A DNA stretch of 64,000 nucleotides, from positions 11,160,001-11,224,000 of the forward strand of contig OZ059899.1 in NCBI GenBank assembly GCA_964057225.1. Reading direction: 5' to 3'. The notes below the pieces were generated by a model, which saw only the letters and a list, made by a program, of their open reading frames with translations, was not told where the DNA came from and did not search any database. The DNA comes from Auanema rhodensis (lineage: Eukaryota > Animalia > Nematoda). Positions 1-14,320 of this stretch are shown here, in pieces. The first letter of the stretch is position 1; every line of letters starts with the position of its first letter. Made by a program: the position numbers and the translations under genes.

Positions 1-3000
1 CAACTTTCTACTAGCGAACGCAATCGGGTGTAATGGAGAATTTTTCTCTGCTGATTGCAATAAAACTGCTCCCACAGCGATCATACTGCCATCACTTTCT
101 ATAACAAAAGGTTGGTCTGCTTTAGGAGGTTTCAGTACAGGGGCAGTACACAGTAATGTTTTTAAAGTTTTAAATGCGTCTGCATGTTCCGATTTCCACT
201 CAAAAGGAGTATCCTTATGTGTTAACTTATACAATGGCTCCGCTATTTCGGCATAATTTTGAATAAACCGTCGAAAATAGTTAGTCATACCTAGAAAGGA
301 TCTAACAGCCGTAACTGTACTTAACTTTGGAAATTCGGAAACAGCCTCTATCTTAGCAGGATCTGGTTTAACACCATTTCTACCTATTACAAAACCCAAA
401 AACTTTACTTCAGTGGCTGCAAAGCAGCATTTAGATAACTTAATTTTTAACCCTAGTTCAGTGACCTTTTTCAGCACTTCTTGTATATCTCTTAAATGTT
501 CTTCAGCTGAGTTCGAAATTATTAGCAAATCATCTAGATATACAAACAGTTTGCATCTAACAAGAGATTGCAAGTATCGTACTGCGGATTGAAAAGTGTG
601 TGGCGCTCCACACAATCCCATAGGCATTCGGCAATACTGATAGGTACCTGATGGAGTGGTAAAAGCAGTTAGGTATCTATCTGAGCGTTTCAACGGTATT
701 TGGAAGAAACCAGAAATGAGATCAAAATTCGAAAAGAACTGAGCTCCAGCCGCTAAGTCGATGATATCAGGAATGTGTGGGATGCTGTATGTTTGTTTCT
801 TAGTAACACTATTCAATGCTCTAAAGTCAGTAACGAACCGGAAAGAATTATCTTTCTTTTTCACAAGAACAACCGGACTAGTGAAAGTAGCCGTCGAATT
901 TTCGATTATACCTTGCGACAACATTTCTTTCACTTGCCGTTCTACTTCTTCTTGCTTACCCAATGGTACTCTGTAAGATCTACTTTTTGGAAAATCCATA
1001 TCAGATCTTATAGGAATGGCATGTTCAACTGGTCCGCAAAAGAGACCAATATTATGATCATGGTTGAAAAATGCCGTTTGGTTTTCCTTAATGATTGTGA
1101 TCAGATTTTTCTTCATTTTATGGGACAGAGTGCAAGAATTGAAGTTCAAATCATCCAAAAGATGCTGAGGAAAAGTTGGTAACTTATCTTCCCAATCAGC
1201 TTCAGGTGGAACATAATCGTACATAATTTCTTTAGATGCTATAAGTCCTGAACCAATGTGGTCATTTTTATTAATTTTAATTGGCTTTGAAGAATTGTTT
1301 GATACTACCATAGTAATAGGAAAAGGTCCTATGGCGGCATCTGGAATTGAGATAGGACCTGTGCTAGATTTTAAAAGAGCATATTGATCAAAATCTAATT
1401 CTGGTCCTGTTTGCAAAGATATATGGGAGGTACTGTGTGGTGGAACTGTTACTGTGGACAAACTTATGATATTTACTGTTTTAGTTGTGGTTTTATATGC
1501 AAAACGACCAGGTTTTACCAAAGGTGTTTCCATATTACCAACAATCAACTTGCCTTTACATAGTTTTAATGTAGTAAATATCTCTCTTTCTTCCAACGTA
1601 CGCATAAAATCAGTACCAAGTAACATTTGTCCTGGACAGTCATTGTCTTCAGATATTAAAAATTCGTGTTCCACTTGGTAACCTGCTATACCCACATCTA
1701 ACTTGCATTTTCCCACAAAGCGAAACTCTGATCCATTTGCAGTGGATGCAGATTTAGAATATTTTGTAAAATATTGTCTTCCAATATATGCCAATGTGGA
1801 GAACGGAATATATGAGACCGTAGCTCCAGAATCCCATAATGCTAACAGTCCTCTACCTTCAATGTCAATATGAACAAACGGTAACATGTGTCCATTTTTC
1901 TTTGTTGTTGTGTGACATACAAAAGGTATGGCTAAAGGAATGTAAGTTATGATGGTGGGAAAATAGCTCCGCATCAATTCATCACTAACTGTTTCATGAA
2001 TCTCATCTCCCTCAAGTGGGGGAGCTGTTGGGCTCAACATGATATGGTTTATTTTTAACATAGAAGTAGGGGAGAGATAACATTTTATAGTGAAATATAA
2101 TGCTATCATTAGACATAATATCAGAGTTATACAACCGATGGTAATGAGTGTTCGTTCAATTGAACCTATACAAAAGTCAATGAACAGATCCCAATTGGAG
2201 AAAACAATTTTCCTGGCATCTCTTATAAGTTTACTTCCTTTGAAGATGAAAGAGGAAATTTGAGGCCAATCACGTGAACGAGAAATTACGCGGAGAAGAT
2301 CATGGTGAGGAGAAGTAGATAAACTATAACCATAAGTTAATCCAATAGATAGGGCTAAGGATTTTTCAGTCGAATTTTCAAACAAATTCCGCCCTGTGAA
2401 TCGAAGTTTACTCAATTCAGCATAATGATCATGTTTTTCTGAATGAATACTATCTACTTTATGTGTGTCACCTTTATAATCTCTCCATGTTCCATTTTCA
2501 TACCAAATCTCTGTCTCTTTGTGTTCACAATTGATCTCATGTCCTTCAGTGCTCAAATCGTAGCTATCGATAGGAGCAAAGAATAATTGTTTATCGTGTG
2601 TTAAAACAGGGGTCTCTGCATAACATTTATCATTGTAAGAATGATTACGATAAATGAAATGTGGTTCTATTTCCTGACAAGTTGTTATTTTTAAAACATT
2701 TCTTCCAACAAATCGGGCAACGATATCATCCCGCTGAAGCATAGCTCTTACTCCTATTGTAGGATGTATACGTAATATAGCTTGCCAGCTTTTTACAGTT
2801 TCCATTTGAGATTTACAGATGGTATGAAACTGTTGATGAAATTCGTCAATTATGGAGAGACGCGCTTTCTCAAACCCATAATTCAACTTATTATCTATTA
2901 TCGTTTTAGTTTTAAGCTCTGATTTGTGGAGAACATTGTCATATACTTCTGCTACATACAACTCTCGACCTCTCTCGTACGCATTAGGGGTAGGAGTTGT

Positions 3001-5964
3001 TAAACTACGAATTGTAGTTTTGGTGGCAGTTATTGGGGTTACAGTAGTATGCTGTACCATATTTTTATCAGTTGTGATTTGAGTTTTAACCCAACTTATA
3101 AATTCTAAAACTTCTGTTTTATTGAATTTAGGATTTTCCTGTGGGTATTCGATGGACTGTGGAGGAAATCCATAATATGCTGTACTATTCTTTGTATAAA
3201 GGTTGTGATAGTCAGGCAGCTTGGATATAATTGCTAAATCTTGCTCTTGGTTATTTCTAACAGTAGCATCAGCTTTTTGTTGTCGACTGACTTGCATGTC
3301 ACGAGATATTTGTTCTTTTCCCGATTGTTGTTGGATCATGAATAACATGCCTTGAGCAGTTGCAATAATTTCAGATTGATTCATATTTCCACTGCGTGGT
3401 AATATAGATGGATATAAGGCTCTTGCCAACTGTTCAATTGATGGAACTGTTTGTGTACCATCAAGAATTGTGGCTTGATATACTACTGCGTGAGCCATTC
3501 CTCGAAAGAAATCTTCTATGGATGTTGTAGATTTCATCAAAGATCTTTTTAACCGAGGAACTTCTATACGACGAGCTACTTGAGTGATAAGATCATCCAA
3601 TTTCATGCTATTAATCATCTGTCTAGTAGCCAGTTTAATTTCCTCTATACCCATACATTGTAAAATCAAAAGATTGGGATCTTTGAAATTATTAGACTTT
3701 GCCCAGTTAGTTATATGATCTTTTGTCAATCCTAAACTAACAATTGTGTCAATGAACAGTGGATTATCTATCGCGAATTGGAGCAAACTCTCATAAGATG
3801 ATGTAGCTGCATATCTCATATATTTTGCGTAAAACTTAGTGATAGATGCAGATCCAAAAATGAAAGTAGGTCTTAGAAATGGAAACGCATATGGTTGGGA
3901 TTTCGCATTAACAAAAAGATAATCATCACTGAAAGAGCGATGTTTTTTTGAGGTAATGCATTACGTTTATTTCTGCGTCTATCAGCATTAAGCAAAGTAT
4001 TGGAAAGATCAAGCAAATTATAAACACGGGGATATGCTGTGAATCGGATAATTGCCTCAGAAGATGATTCAAAAACAGCGAATTCGAAACAAGATTGAAC
4101 GTGAGCGGATGTGGAATGATTTTGGAGAACAAAAGCGCTTTCAATAGAGTGAACTAGAAGAATATGATCACCCAACATGGCGGAGAAGGGGCCAAGTTTT
4201 TGATAGTGACAGACAACTGATAGGATAGGTGGTTGCCAGATAACTGCACCTTCACCAGTTGCACAAAACCCTTCATTTCCTTTACAATTATCAGTATTTA
4301 TAAATAAGTCTGATACAATGTGATCTTCTTTCAATCTAGTTATTATCCCTCGCTTCAATACAAATTGTTCAATTTCTACACATTCTTCAGTGGACCAAGA
4401 GCGAGTTGGATTATGCTCGTTTAATGGTGTTTCAAAAACTGAATGCTGTTGGGCATTCATGATTTTATCATTCCACATACGATTTCTATGTGCTCGAACA
4501 CAATCTTTCTTATCTACTGTTTCAATATGAGAGAATGTGGTGTTACGATCTCTCAAAAACATGAAATCTCTCACACAGCTTTTATACTTTTTCACATAGC
4601 ATTTCCATGCTTCCCATGACTCTATCTCAGCCTTTGGTAGATATATTTCTACCTCAACACTGTGAGCCTTTTCAATTTCTGCCTTATGGCAGCCTGTGAC
4701 CACAGGAGGTGTTACTAATATACCCCCTTTCAAATTGAGCGCAAATCTGATATTTTGCCGACCCAAAGGGAAGGCATGAGAGTGCCAATAAAGTCAGGCA
4801 CAACGTGACCGGTGGCATGAATGGGGTCGCTACGCTGTATACCCTTGAGTTACCATTCCCATTGGCTGATGGTCTTTGTCTTCTTGGGGAACTAGGCCTA
4901 GGGTTCCAAGACGAGCTATTGGCATTTCTGCCATTGGCAAATGGGCGGTTTCCCGGGTTAGGACGCCTATTCATATTCCCGTTCTGCGAGTTATTATTAT
5001 TATAACGTACGGCAGAAGGTCGCTCTCTCTCTCGCTCATAATCATTAGAGCCATTATTGTGCTGAGTCCAGTTATTATTTTTTTTATTATTTTTATTATT
5101 TTTATAATTTTTATTATTATTATTATTCCTACTTCTTTCTCTTTCTTCACTAAAGCTTAATTTATGTTGTAAAGCATTTATGAGCTCCTTCAAGGTGCTG
5201 GTGTCTTCATTTCTTTTCATGAAGCTATTCCGAACGCCTTCTTCAAACCTAGCTAATTTCTTAGCTTGTTCATAAGTGGCGGGGTTTTTAGTTAAAACCG
5301 CAATACCCAGTTCCTCTTTTAAACCATTTAAAAATGCCGTTTTCAACATTGGTTCCCGCTCGGGATCCATTGGTGACATTATGGTGCTTGCCATTCTCTC
5401 TAATTCCATACTAAAATCGAGAACAGATTTATCTCCTTGTTGTATTCGATGAATAAGCGCTATGGTGAAATTTTTATCTGTTTTAGGCGCTAAAAGCTCA
5501 GTGAGCTGATCCATCAAAACAATCCATGGGCCATTAGTTCTTATGCCACTAGGAATACTATTATACAAGGAGAGAGCTGTTTCATTTGATTCCAAAAGAA
5601 GAGGTAAAATTAATAGTCTCTCAGGTAAACTTAGATTCATAACATTAAAAAATCTATTTAAAGATTCAACAAAAGAACGAAAGCTACGAGAGCCGTCATA
5701 CCTGGGACAGAGATGGCAATTCAAAATAGTTGCCATATTTCTAGAGGGTGGTGCAACATTAGAATTAGGAGATGGAGAGGTAGGAGTCATTTTTCTTTCA
5801 AAAGCTTTAGTTATAGCAGCGGCCCACCGACTTGGTGATCTATTTCGTACTGTAGTAGGTGCCCGAGGTGTTTCCTCTGTGATGGCCTTTCTGCTTTTAC
5901 TTCTCGTTCTAATTGTTAGAGAAGAAGAATGAGAAGAAGAAGAGGAATCACCTTCTTCTCTCAA
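1..5964 (-). pseudogene. Element A Gag-Env-Pol polyprotein with two homopolymer frameshifts (Gag, Env, PR, RT and start of RNase H in window)
   Basis: ORFs 4684-5964 and 3873-4766 match B aa 1-~690. There is +1 nt at ~4729 and +2 nt at ~3945 relative to B. The ORF track shows no stop-terminated minus-strand ORF in 1-3870, consistent with a frame open to the edge. Confidence 0.85.
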
Positions 5965-7104
5965 AAATTCAAAAGGAGAGAGGTAGGTGGATGGAGTATT
6001 TAAGTTTTTAGAATTAAATTCAAAAACTTGGCGTACCTCTGGTGATCCTTGTTCCTGATCTTTGTTTTCCTCGCTGATGTCCGAGTCCGACAGGGTGGCT
6101 GGTGAATACAGTTAGATGAATATAAGAGCGCGTACTGGAAGCAACTAGACTCCAGTAAAAACGTTTGTGACAATGGCGTCTGATGAAGGAGGATCGTTGA
6201 AGCTTCAAGCTCCGCCTCCAGCCATGTGTCACGACACCAGATGTTAGCGCTTATGGTAAACAACCATTGACCGTCTGTCGTGATATTTGAATATTATAAT
6301 CACTTATGTCAGCTTAGAGACAAATAAGGAATCACAGATGGTGCCTTAAGCCTGTTTGAAAACTTTTGAATTTTAACAGCTGTTATTGACTACACATATC
6401 GAACAGCTGGTACGCGTGGGCCAACTATTTGAATGTGAGTAAGCTTAAAGTAAACAAAAATGTCTCATCTCGTATATTAAGTTCAATTTTATAAAGTTTA
6501 TTAAGATTTGTAGAAAGAATTTCAAAATAAATCTTAATTAAGATAATTTTTAATTTAATTTCAAAAGATTTAGAAGGTAATTTAAGATTGATATAGGAAT
6601 TTAAATTCAGTAATCTGTCAATAATATAGGAAAACGGAAACGTTGGCAGACGTAGAGTGGACTTGGGTGGGTAGGAATTTAAATATTCTTATTATCTCTG
6701 AACTAATAAGAAAAGAGTTAACAGGAGTAGAACCCTGATGAACCCTTGGATGTGAATCAAAATCAAAAAATCGTAAATAAAATTATCCCAACAGCCTCCA
6801 GCTTCCAAACAACTCAGCTAAAAAGTGAGCTCTGTTGCCACACTGGACATTCACATCATAAAGTAATGAATCAAAATAGCACGCGCGTGCATAACAAAAA
6901 GGTAACGCTCGTCAAAACTATTGTCTGATAGTTTCCCCAAACGTCTCAGACACCTCCCAGTTTTCGTTGAGCGGAGGAGAAGTGGTAGCCAAAATAATTT
7001 TTGGGGAAATCATGGTGCACGGCTCGGTTACTCCTCACTGTTGGGTAATTAAGTCCAAAAGTCTCGTAAACTTGCTGTCAATAAATTAACAGTAGAGTAA
7101 GCAA

Positions 7105-7117
7105 GGTGGAACCTCCA
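7105..7117 (-). promoter_or_regulatory. Primer-binding site of element A (tRNA-Gln 3' end)
   Basis: TGGAGGTTCCACC on the minus strand, directly next to the LTR; complementary to ...GGTGGAACCT-CCA of eukaryotic tRNA-Gln. Confidence 0.85.
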
Positions 7118-7502
7118 CGTTACATATTGTTTCTTCCCGTCTTTTCATGGTCGGAAGATATATGTACTTCTACCTTGTTCCTTAGGTAGGCAGACCCGAA
7201 CGCCCCGATTTCCTTATTAAGACAAATACTTAAAGAGAAAAAGATTCATTATCAGATAACAAGAAAATACAATATAAGAATTACATTAAGAAAGAATATA
7301 AAGAGATCTAATAAAGTATTAAATAGAGTATATATATATATAGATGATATAGAGATGAGACTCACATGGCTATAAGACAACCTATCTGGGTTAGGCCAGA
7401 AGCAAGAGTGCCATGTGTGTCCCATGTTGTGGGCGGGGCTTGTTCAGGCTCCCGCTATTTGAATAGCGCGCACATGTTTACCATGTGCTTGCAGATGTGA
7501 CA
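7118..7502 (-). repeat. 5' LTR of element A (385 bp, TG...CG)
   Basis: Reverse complement of the B LTR with a few substitutions and a (TA)n run 4 nt longer. Confidence 0.95.
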
Positions 7503-7638
7503 GTATCATGTTTGCTTGTTATTCAATTAGAACACTTATTTTTTGATTGTTTTCTTGAAATATTCTTTTTTTTTCTTCAACAAAGTTATGACTGAGATCA
7601 AAATTTGAACTTACTTTTGAACAATTAAACAGAAATTT

Positions 7639-7644
7639 AAAAAA
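7639..7644 (-). terminator. Pol III terminator (T6) after the tRNA; present in every unit
   Basis: Minus strand reads ...GGCGGCA-AATA-TTTTTT. Confidence 0.8.
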
Positions 7645-7648
7645 TATT

Positions 7649-7722
7649 TGCCGCCAGCAGGGGTCGAACCTGCGACCTTGGGCTTATTAGACCCACGCTC
7701 TAACCGACTGAGCTATGGCGGC
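7649..7722 (-). tRNA. tRNA-Ile (AAT)
   Basis: GCCGCCATAGCTCAGTCGGTTAGAGCGTGGGTCT-AAT-AAGCCCAAGGTCGCAGGTTCGACCCCTGCTGGCGGCA; full cloverleaf, A and B boxes, no intron. Confidence 0.97.
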
Positions 7723-7750
7723 TACGAATGTACGAAATAACAAAGCGCTG

Positions 7751-7756
7751 ATTATA
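7751..7756 (-). promoter_or_regulatory. TATA-like element (TATAAT) at -34..-29 of the tRNA; present in each unit
   Basis: Plus ATTATA = minus TATAAT, at the position where TFIIIB/TBP usually binds. Confidence 0.5.
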
Positions 7757-8315
7757 GGAAACGTGAATGAATGCAGATATTCTCAATTCCGATTCATTAA
7801 CTAGATCGTGGTCAGCATTTTACAACATTGATAAAATAGAAACTGAGAAAAAAACATCAACAAATGACACTATTAACTTGGTTTTTTGAACAGCATTTTT
7901 ATATTTCTTTTTTCACTCTGAGAGAACTTATATTCATTGATTTTTCAAAATTTTCCATTTTTAACATTATACATCTTGACTATCACACATTGAGAACAAC
8001 AGTTCGCAATGTTGGTTGTCACGTCATATTTCATGCAGTTAGATTTTCAGACACATTAATACCTTTGACCATTCTTCTTATGAGTTTTGTAACGATAGAT
8101 CGTAATAGGAAATGAATTGGTATAATATGAAAAAATACAAGACATAGTCAACATTGATTTCCCCAAATAGTATCATGTTTGCTTGTTATTCAAATAGAAC
8201 ACTTATTTTTTGATTGTTTTCTTGAAATATTCTTTTTTTTTCTTTAACAAAGTTATGACTGAGATCAAAATTTGAACTTACTTTTGAACAATTAAACAGA
8301 AATTTAAAAAATATT

Positions 8316-8389
8316 TGCCGCCAGCAGGGGTCGAACCTGCGACCTTGGGCTTATTAGACCCACGCTCTGACCGACTGAGCTATGGCGGC
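8316..8389 (-). tRNA. tRNA-Ile (AAT), D-loop variant
   Basis: Consensus except A>G (plus) at 8369. Confidence 0.9.
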
Positions 8390-8983
8390 TACGAAAGTAC
8401 GAAATAACAAAGCGCTGATTATAGGAAACGTGAATGAATGCAGATATTCTCAATTCCGATTCATTAACTAGATCGTGGTCAGCATTTTACAACATTGATA
8501 AAATAGAAACTGAGAAAAAAACATCAACAAATGACACTATTAACTTGGTTTTTTGAACAGCATTTTTATATTTCTTTTTTCACTATGAGAGAACTTATAT
8601 TTATTGCTTTTTCAAAATTTTCCATTTTTAACATTATACATCTTGACTATCACACATTGAGAACAACAGTTGGCAATATTCGTTGTCACGTCATATTTCA
8701 TGCAGTTAGATTTTCAGACACATTAATACCTTTGACCATTCTTCTTATGAGTTTTGTAACGATAGATCGTAATAGGAAATGAATTGCTATAATATGAAAA
8801 AATACAAGACATAGTCAACATTGATTTCCCCCAAATAGTATCATGTTTGCTTGTTATTCAATTAGAACACTTATTTTTTGATTGTTTTCTTGAAATATTC
8901 TTTTTTTTTCTTTAACAAAGTTATGACTGAGATCAAAATTTGAACTTACTTTTGAACAATTAAACAGAAATTTAAAAAATATT

Positions 8984-9057
8984 TGCCGCCAGCAGGGGTC
9001 AAACCTGCGACCTTGGGCTTATTAGACCCACGCTCTAACCGACTGAGCTATGGCGGC
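8984..9057 (-). tRNA. tRNA-Ile (AAT), B-box C56T variant (possibly inactive)
   Basis: GGTTTGA instead of GGTTCGA (position 9001). Confidence 0.75.
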
Positions 9058-9651
9058 TACGAAAGTACGAAATAACAAAGCGCTGATTATAGGAAACGTG
9101 AATGAATGCAGATATTCTCAATTCCGATTCATTAACTAGATCGTGGTCAGCATTTTACAACATTGATAAAATAGAAACTGAGAAAAAAACATCAACAAAT
9201 GACACTATTAACTTGGTTTTTTGAACAGCTTTTTTATATTTCTTTTTTCACTATGAGAGAACTTATATTTATTGCTTTTTCAAAATTTTCCATTTTTAAC
9301 ATTATACATCTTGACTATCACACATTGAGAACAACAGTTGGCAATGTTGGTTGTCACGTCATATTTCATGCAGTTAGATTTTCAGACACATTAATACCTT
9401 TGACCATTCTTCTTATGAGTTTTGTAACGATAGATCGTAATAGGAAATGAATTGGTATAATATGAAAAAATACAAGACATAGTCAACATTGATTTCCCCA
9501 AATAGTATCATGTTTGCTTGTTATTCAATTAGAACACTTATTTTTTGATTGTTTTCTTGAAATATTCTTTTTTTTTTCACTAACAAAGTTATGACTGAGA
9601 TCAAAATTTGAACTTACTTTTGAACAATTAAACAGAAATTTAAAAAATATT

Positions 9652-9725
9652 TGCCGCAAGCAGGGGTCGAAACTGCGACCTTGGGCTTATTAGACCCACG
9701 CTCTAACCGACTGAGCTATGGCGGC
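9652..9725 (-). tRNA. tRNA-Ile (AAT), acceptor-stem plus G53T variant (possibly pseudo)
   Basis: Substitutions at 9658 and 9672. Confidence 0.7.
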
Positions 9726-10317
9726 TACGAAAGTACGAAATAACAAAGCGCTGATTATAGGAAACGTGAATGAATGCAGATAATCTCAATTCCGATTCAT
9801 TAACTAGATCGTGGTCAGCATTTTACGACATTGATAAAATAGAAACTGAGAAAAAAACATCAACAAATGACACTATTAACTTGGTTTTTGAACAGCATTT
9901 TCATATTTCTTTTTTCACTATGAGAGAACTTATATTTATTGCTTTTTCAAATTTTTCCATTTTTAACATTATACATCTTGACTATCACACATTGAGAACA
10001 ACAGTTGGCAATATTGGTTGTCACGTCATATTTCATGCAGTTAGATTTTCAGACACATTAATACCTTTGACCATTCTTCTTATGAGTTTTGTAACGATAG
10101 ATCGTAATAGGAAATGAATTGCTATAATATGAAAAAATACAAGACATAGTCAACATTGATTTCCGAAAATAGTATCATGTTTGCTTGTTATTTAATTAGA
10201 ACACTTATTTTTTGATTGTTTTCTTGAAATATTCTTTTTTTTTCTTTAACAAAGTTATGACTGAGATCAAAATTTGAACTTACTTTTGAACAATTAAACA
10301 GAAATTTAAAAAATATT

Positions 10318-10391
10318 TGCCGCCAGCAGGGGTCGAACCTGCGACCTTGGGCTTATTAGACCCACGCTCTAACCGACTGAGCTATGGCGGC
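10318..10391 (-). tRNA. tRNA-Ile (AAT)
   Basis: Consensus copy. Confidence 0.95.
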
Positions 10392-10984
10392 TACGAAAGT
10401 ACGAAATAACAAAGCGCTGATTATAGGAAACATGAATGAATGCAGATATTCTCAATTCCGATTCATTAACTAGATCGTGGTCAGCATTTTACAACATTGA
10501 TAAAATAGAAACTGAGAAAAAAACATCAACAAATGACACTATTAACTTGGTTTTTTGAACAGCATTTTTATATTTCTTTTTTCACTATGAGAGAACTTAT
10601 ATTTATTGCTTTTTCAAAATTTTCTATTTTTAACATTATACATCTTGACTATCACACATTGAGAACAACAGTTGGCAATATTGGTTGTCACGTCATATTT
10701 CATGCAGTTAGATTTTCAGACACATTAATACCTTTGACTATTCTTCTTATGAGTTTTGTAACGATAGATCGTAATAGGAAATGAATTGGTATAATATGAA
10801 AAAATACAAGACATAGTCAAGATTGATTTCCCCAAATAGTATCATGTTTGCTTGTTATTCAATTAGAACACTTATTTTTTGATTGTTTTCTTGAAATATT
10901 CTTTTTTTTTCTTTAACAAAGTTATGACTGAGATCAAAATTTGAACTTACTTTTGAACAATTAAACAGAAATTTAAAAAATATT

Positions 10985-11058
10985 TGCCGCCAGCAGGGGT
11001 CGAACCTGCGACCTTGGGCTTATTAGACCCACGCTCTAACCGACTGAGCTATGGCGGC
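10985..11058 (-). tRNA. tRNA-Ile (AAT)
   Basis: Consensus copy. Confidence 0.95.
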
Positions 11059-11651
11059 TACGAAAGTACGAAATAACAAAGCGCTGATTATAGGAAACGT
11101 GAATGAATGCAGATATTCTCAATTCCGATTCATTAACTAGATCGTGGTCAGCATTTTACAACATTGATAAAATAGAAACTGAGAAAAAAACATGAACAAA
11201 TGACACTATTAACTTGGTTTTTTGAACAGCTTTTTTATATTTCTTTTTTCACTATGAGAGAACTTATATTTATTGCTTTTTCAAAATTTTCCATTTTCAA
11301 CATTATACATCTTGACTATCACACATTGAGAACAACAGTTGGCAATATTGGTTGTCACGTCATATTTCATGCAGTTAGATTTTCAGACACATTAATACCT
11401 TTGACCATTCTTCTTATGAGTTTTGTAACGATAGATCGTAATAGGAAATGAATTGCTATAATATGAAAAAATACAAGACATAGTCAACATTGATTTCCGA
11501 AAATAGTATCATGTTTGCTTGTTATTTAATTAGAACACTTATTTTTTGATTGTTTTCTTGAAATATTCTTTTTTTTTCTTTAACAAAGTTATGACTGAGA
11601 TCAAAATTTGAACTTACTTTTGAACAATTAAACAGAAATTTAAAAAATATT

Positions 11652-11725
11652 TGCCGCCAGCAGGGGTCGAACCTGCGACCTTGGGCTTATTAGACCCACG
11701 CTCTAACCGACTGAGCTATGGCGGC
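11652..11725 (-). tRNA. tRNA-Ile (AAT)
   Basis: Consensus copy. Confidence 0.95.
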
Positions 11726-12318
11726 TACGAAAGTACGAAATAACAAAGCGCTGATTATAGGAAACATGAATGAATGCAGATATTCTCAATTCCGATTCAT
11801 TAACTAGATCGTGGTCAGCATTTTACAACATTGATAAAATAGAAACTGAGAAAAAAACATCAACAAATGACACTATTAACTTGGTTTTTTGAACAGCATT
11901 TTTATATTTCTTTTTTCACTATGAGAGAACTTATATTTATTGCTTTTTCAAAATTTTCTATTTTTAACATTATACATCTTGACTATCACACATTGAGAAC
12001 AACAGTTGGCAATATTGGTTGTCACGTCATATTTCATGCAGTTAGATTTTCAGACACATTAATACCTTTGACTATTCTTCTTATGAGTTTTGTAACGATA
12101 GATCGTAATAGGAAATGAATTGGTATAATATGAAAAAATACAAGACATAGTCAAGATTGATTTCCCCAAATAGTATCATGTTTGCTTGTTATTCAATTAG
12201 AACACTTATTTTTTGATTGTTTTCTTGAAATATTCTTTTTTTTTCTTTAACAAAGTTATGACTGAGATCAAAATTTGAACTTACTTTTGAACAATTAAAC
12301 AGAAATTTAAAAAATATT

Positions 12319-12392
12319 TGCCGCCAGCAGGGGTCGAACCTGCGACCTTGGGCTTATTAGACCCACGCTCTAACCGACTGAGCTATGGCGGC
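12319..12392 (-). tRNA. tRNA-Ile (AAT)
   Basis: Consensus copy. Confidence 0.95.
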
Positions 12393-12985
12393 TACGAAAG
12401 TACGAAATAACAAAGCGCTGATTATAGGAAACGTGAATGAATGCAGATATTCTCAATTCCGATTCATTAACTAGATCGTGGTCAGCATTTTACAACATTG
12501 ATAAAATAGAAACTGAGAAAAAAACATGAACAAATGACACTATTAACTTGGTTTTTTGAACAGCTTTTTTATATTTCTTTTTTCACTATGAGAGAACTTA
12601 TATTTATTGCTTTTTCAAAATTTTCCATTTTCAACATTATACATCTTGACTATCACACATTGAGAACAACAGTTGGCAATGTTGGTTGTCACGTCATATT
12701 TCATGCAGTTAGATTTTCAGACACATTAATACCTTTGACCGTTCTTCTTATGAGTTTTGTAACGATAATTCGTAATAGGAAATGAATTGGTATAATATGA
12801 AAAAATACAAGACATAGTCAACATTGATTTCCCCAAATAGTATCATGTTTGCTTGTTATTCAATTAGAACACTTATTTTTTGATTGTTTTCTTGAAATAT
12901 TCTTTTTTTTTCTTCAACAAAGTTATGACTGAGATCAAAATTTGAACTTACTTTTGAACAATTAAACAGAAATTTAAAAAATATT

Positions 12986-13059
12986 TGCCGCCAGCAGGGG
13001 TCGAACCTGCGACCTTGGGCTTATTAGACCCACGCTCTAACCGACTGAGCTATGGCGGC
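12986..13059 (-). tRNA. tRNA-Ile (AAT)
   Basis: Consensus copy. Confidence 0.95.
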
Positions 13060-13652
13060 TACGAATGTACGAAATAACAAAGCGCTGATTATAGGAAACG
13101 TGAATGAATGCAGATATTCTCAATTCCGATTCATTAACTAGATCGTGGTCAGCATTTTACAACATTGATAAAATAGAAACTGAGAAAAAAACATCAACAA
13201 ATGACACTATTAACTTGGTTTTTTGAACAGCATTTTTATATTTCTTTTTTCACTCTGAGAGAACTTATATTCATTGATTTTTCAAAATTTTCCATTTTTA
13301 ACATTATACATCTTGACTATCACACATTGAGAACAACAGTTGGCAATATTGGTTGTCACGTCATATTTCATGCAGTTAGATTTTCAGACACATCAATACC
13401 TTTGACCATTCTTCTTATGAGTTTTGTAACGATAGATCGTAATAGGAAATGAATTGCTAACATATGAAAAAATACAAGACATAGTCAACATTGATTTCCG
13501 AAAATAGTATCATGTTTGCTTGTTATTTAATTAGAACACTTATTTTTTCATTGTTTTCTTGAAATATTCTTTTTTTTTCTTTAACAAAGTTATGACTGAG
13601 ATCAAAATTTGAACTTACTTTTGAACAATTAAACAGAAATATAAAAAATATT

Positions 13653-13726
13653 TGCCGCCAGCAGGGGTCGAACCTGCGACCTTGGGCTTATTAGACCCAC
13701 GCTCTAACCGACTGAGCTATGGCGGC
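13653..13726 (-). tRNA. tRNA-Ile (AAT)
   Basis: Consensus copy. Confidence 0.95.
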
Positions 13727-14320
13727 TACGAAAGTACGAAATAACAAAGCGCTGATTATAGGAAACGTGAATGAATGCAGATATTCTCAATTCCGATTCA
13801 TTAACTAGATCGTGGTCAGCATTTTACAACATTGATAAAATAGAAACTGAGAAAAAAACATCAACAAATGACACTATTGACTTGGTTTTTTGAACAGCTT
13901 TTTTATATTTCTTTTTTCACTATGAGAGAACTTATATTTATTGCTTTTTCAAAATTTTTCATTTTTAACATTATACATCTTGACTATCACACATTGAGAA
14001 CAACAGTTCGCAATGTTGGTTGTCACGTCATATTTCATGCAGTTAGATTTTCAGACACATTAATACCTTTGACCATTCTTCTTATGAGTTTTGTAACGAT
14101 AGATCGTAATAGGAAATGAATTGGTATAATATGAAAAAATACAAGACATAGTCAACATTGATTTCCCCAAATAGTATCATGTTTGCTTGTTATTCAATTA
14201 GAACACTTATTTTTTGATTGTTTTCTTGAAATATTCTTTTTTTTTCTTTAACAAAGTTATGACTGAGATCAAAATTTGAACTTACTTTTGAACAATTAAA
14301 ACAGAAATTTAAAAAATATT

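Larger units (their letters stand above)
1..7502 (-). mobile_element. Element A: Ty3/gypsy-type gag-env-pol LTR retrotransposon, same family as B; 3' part runs off the window
   Basis: Near-identical reverse complement of B 15836-23329; 5' LTR 7118-7502; PBS 7105-7117; array resumes at 7503 (GTATCATG). Confidence 0.95.
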
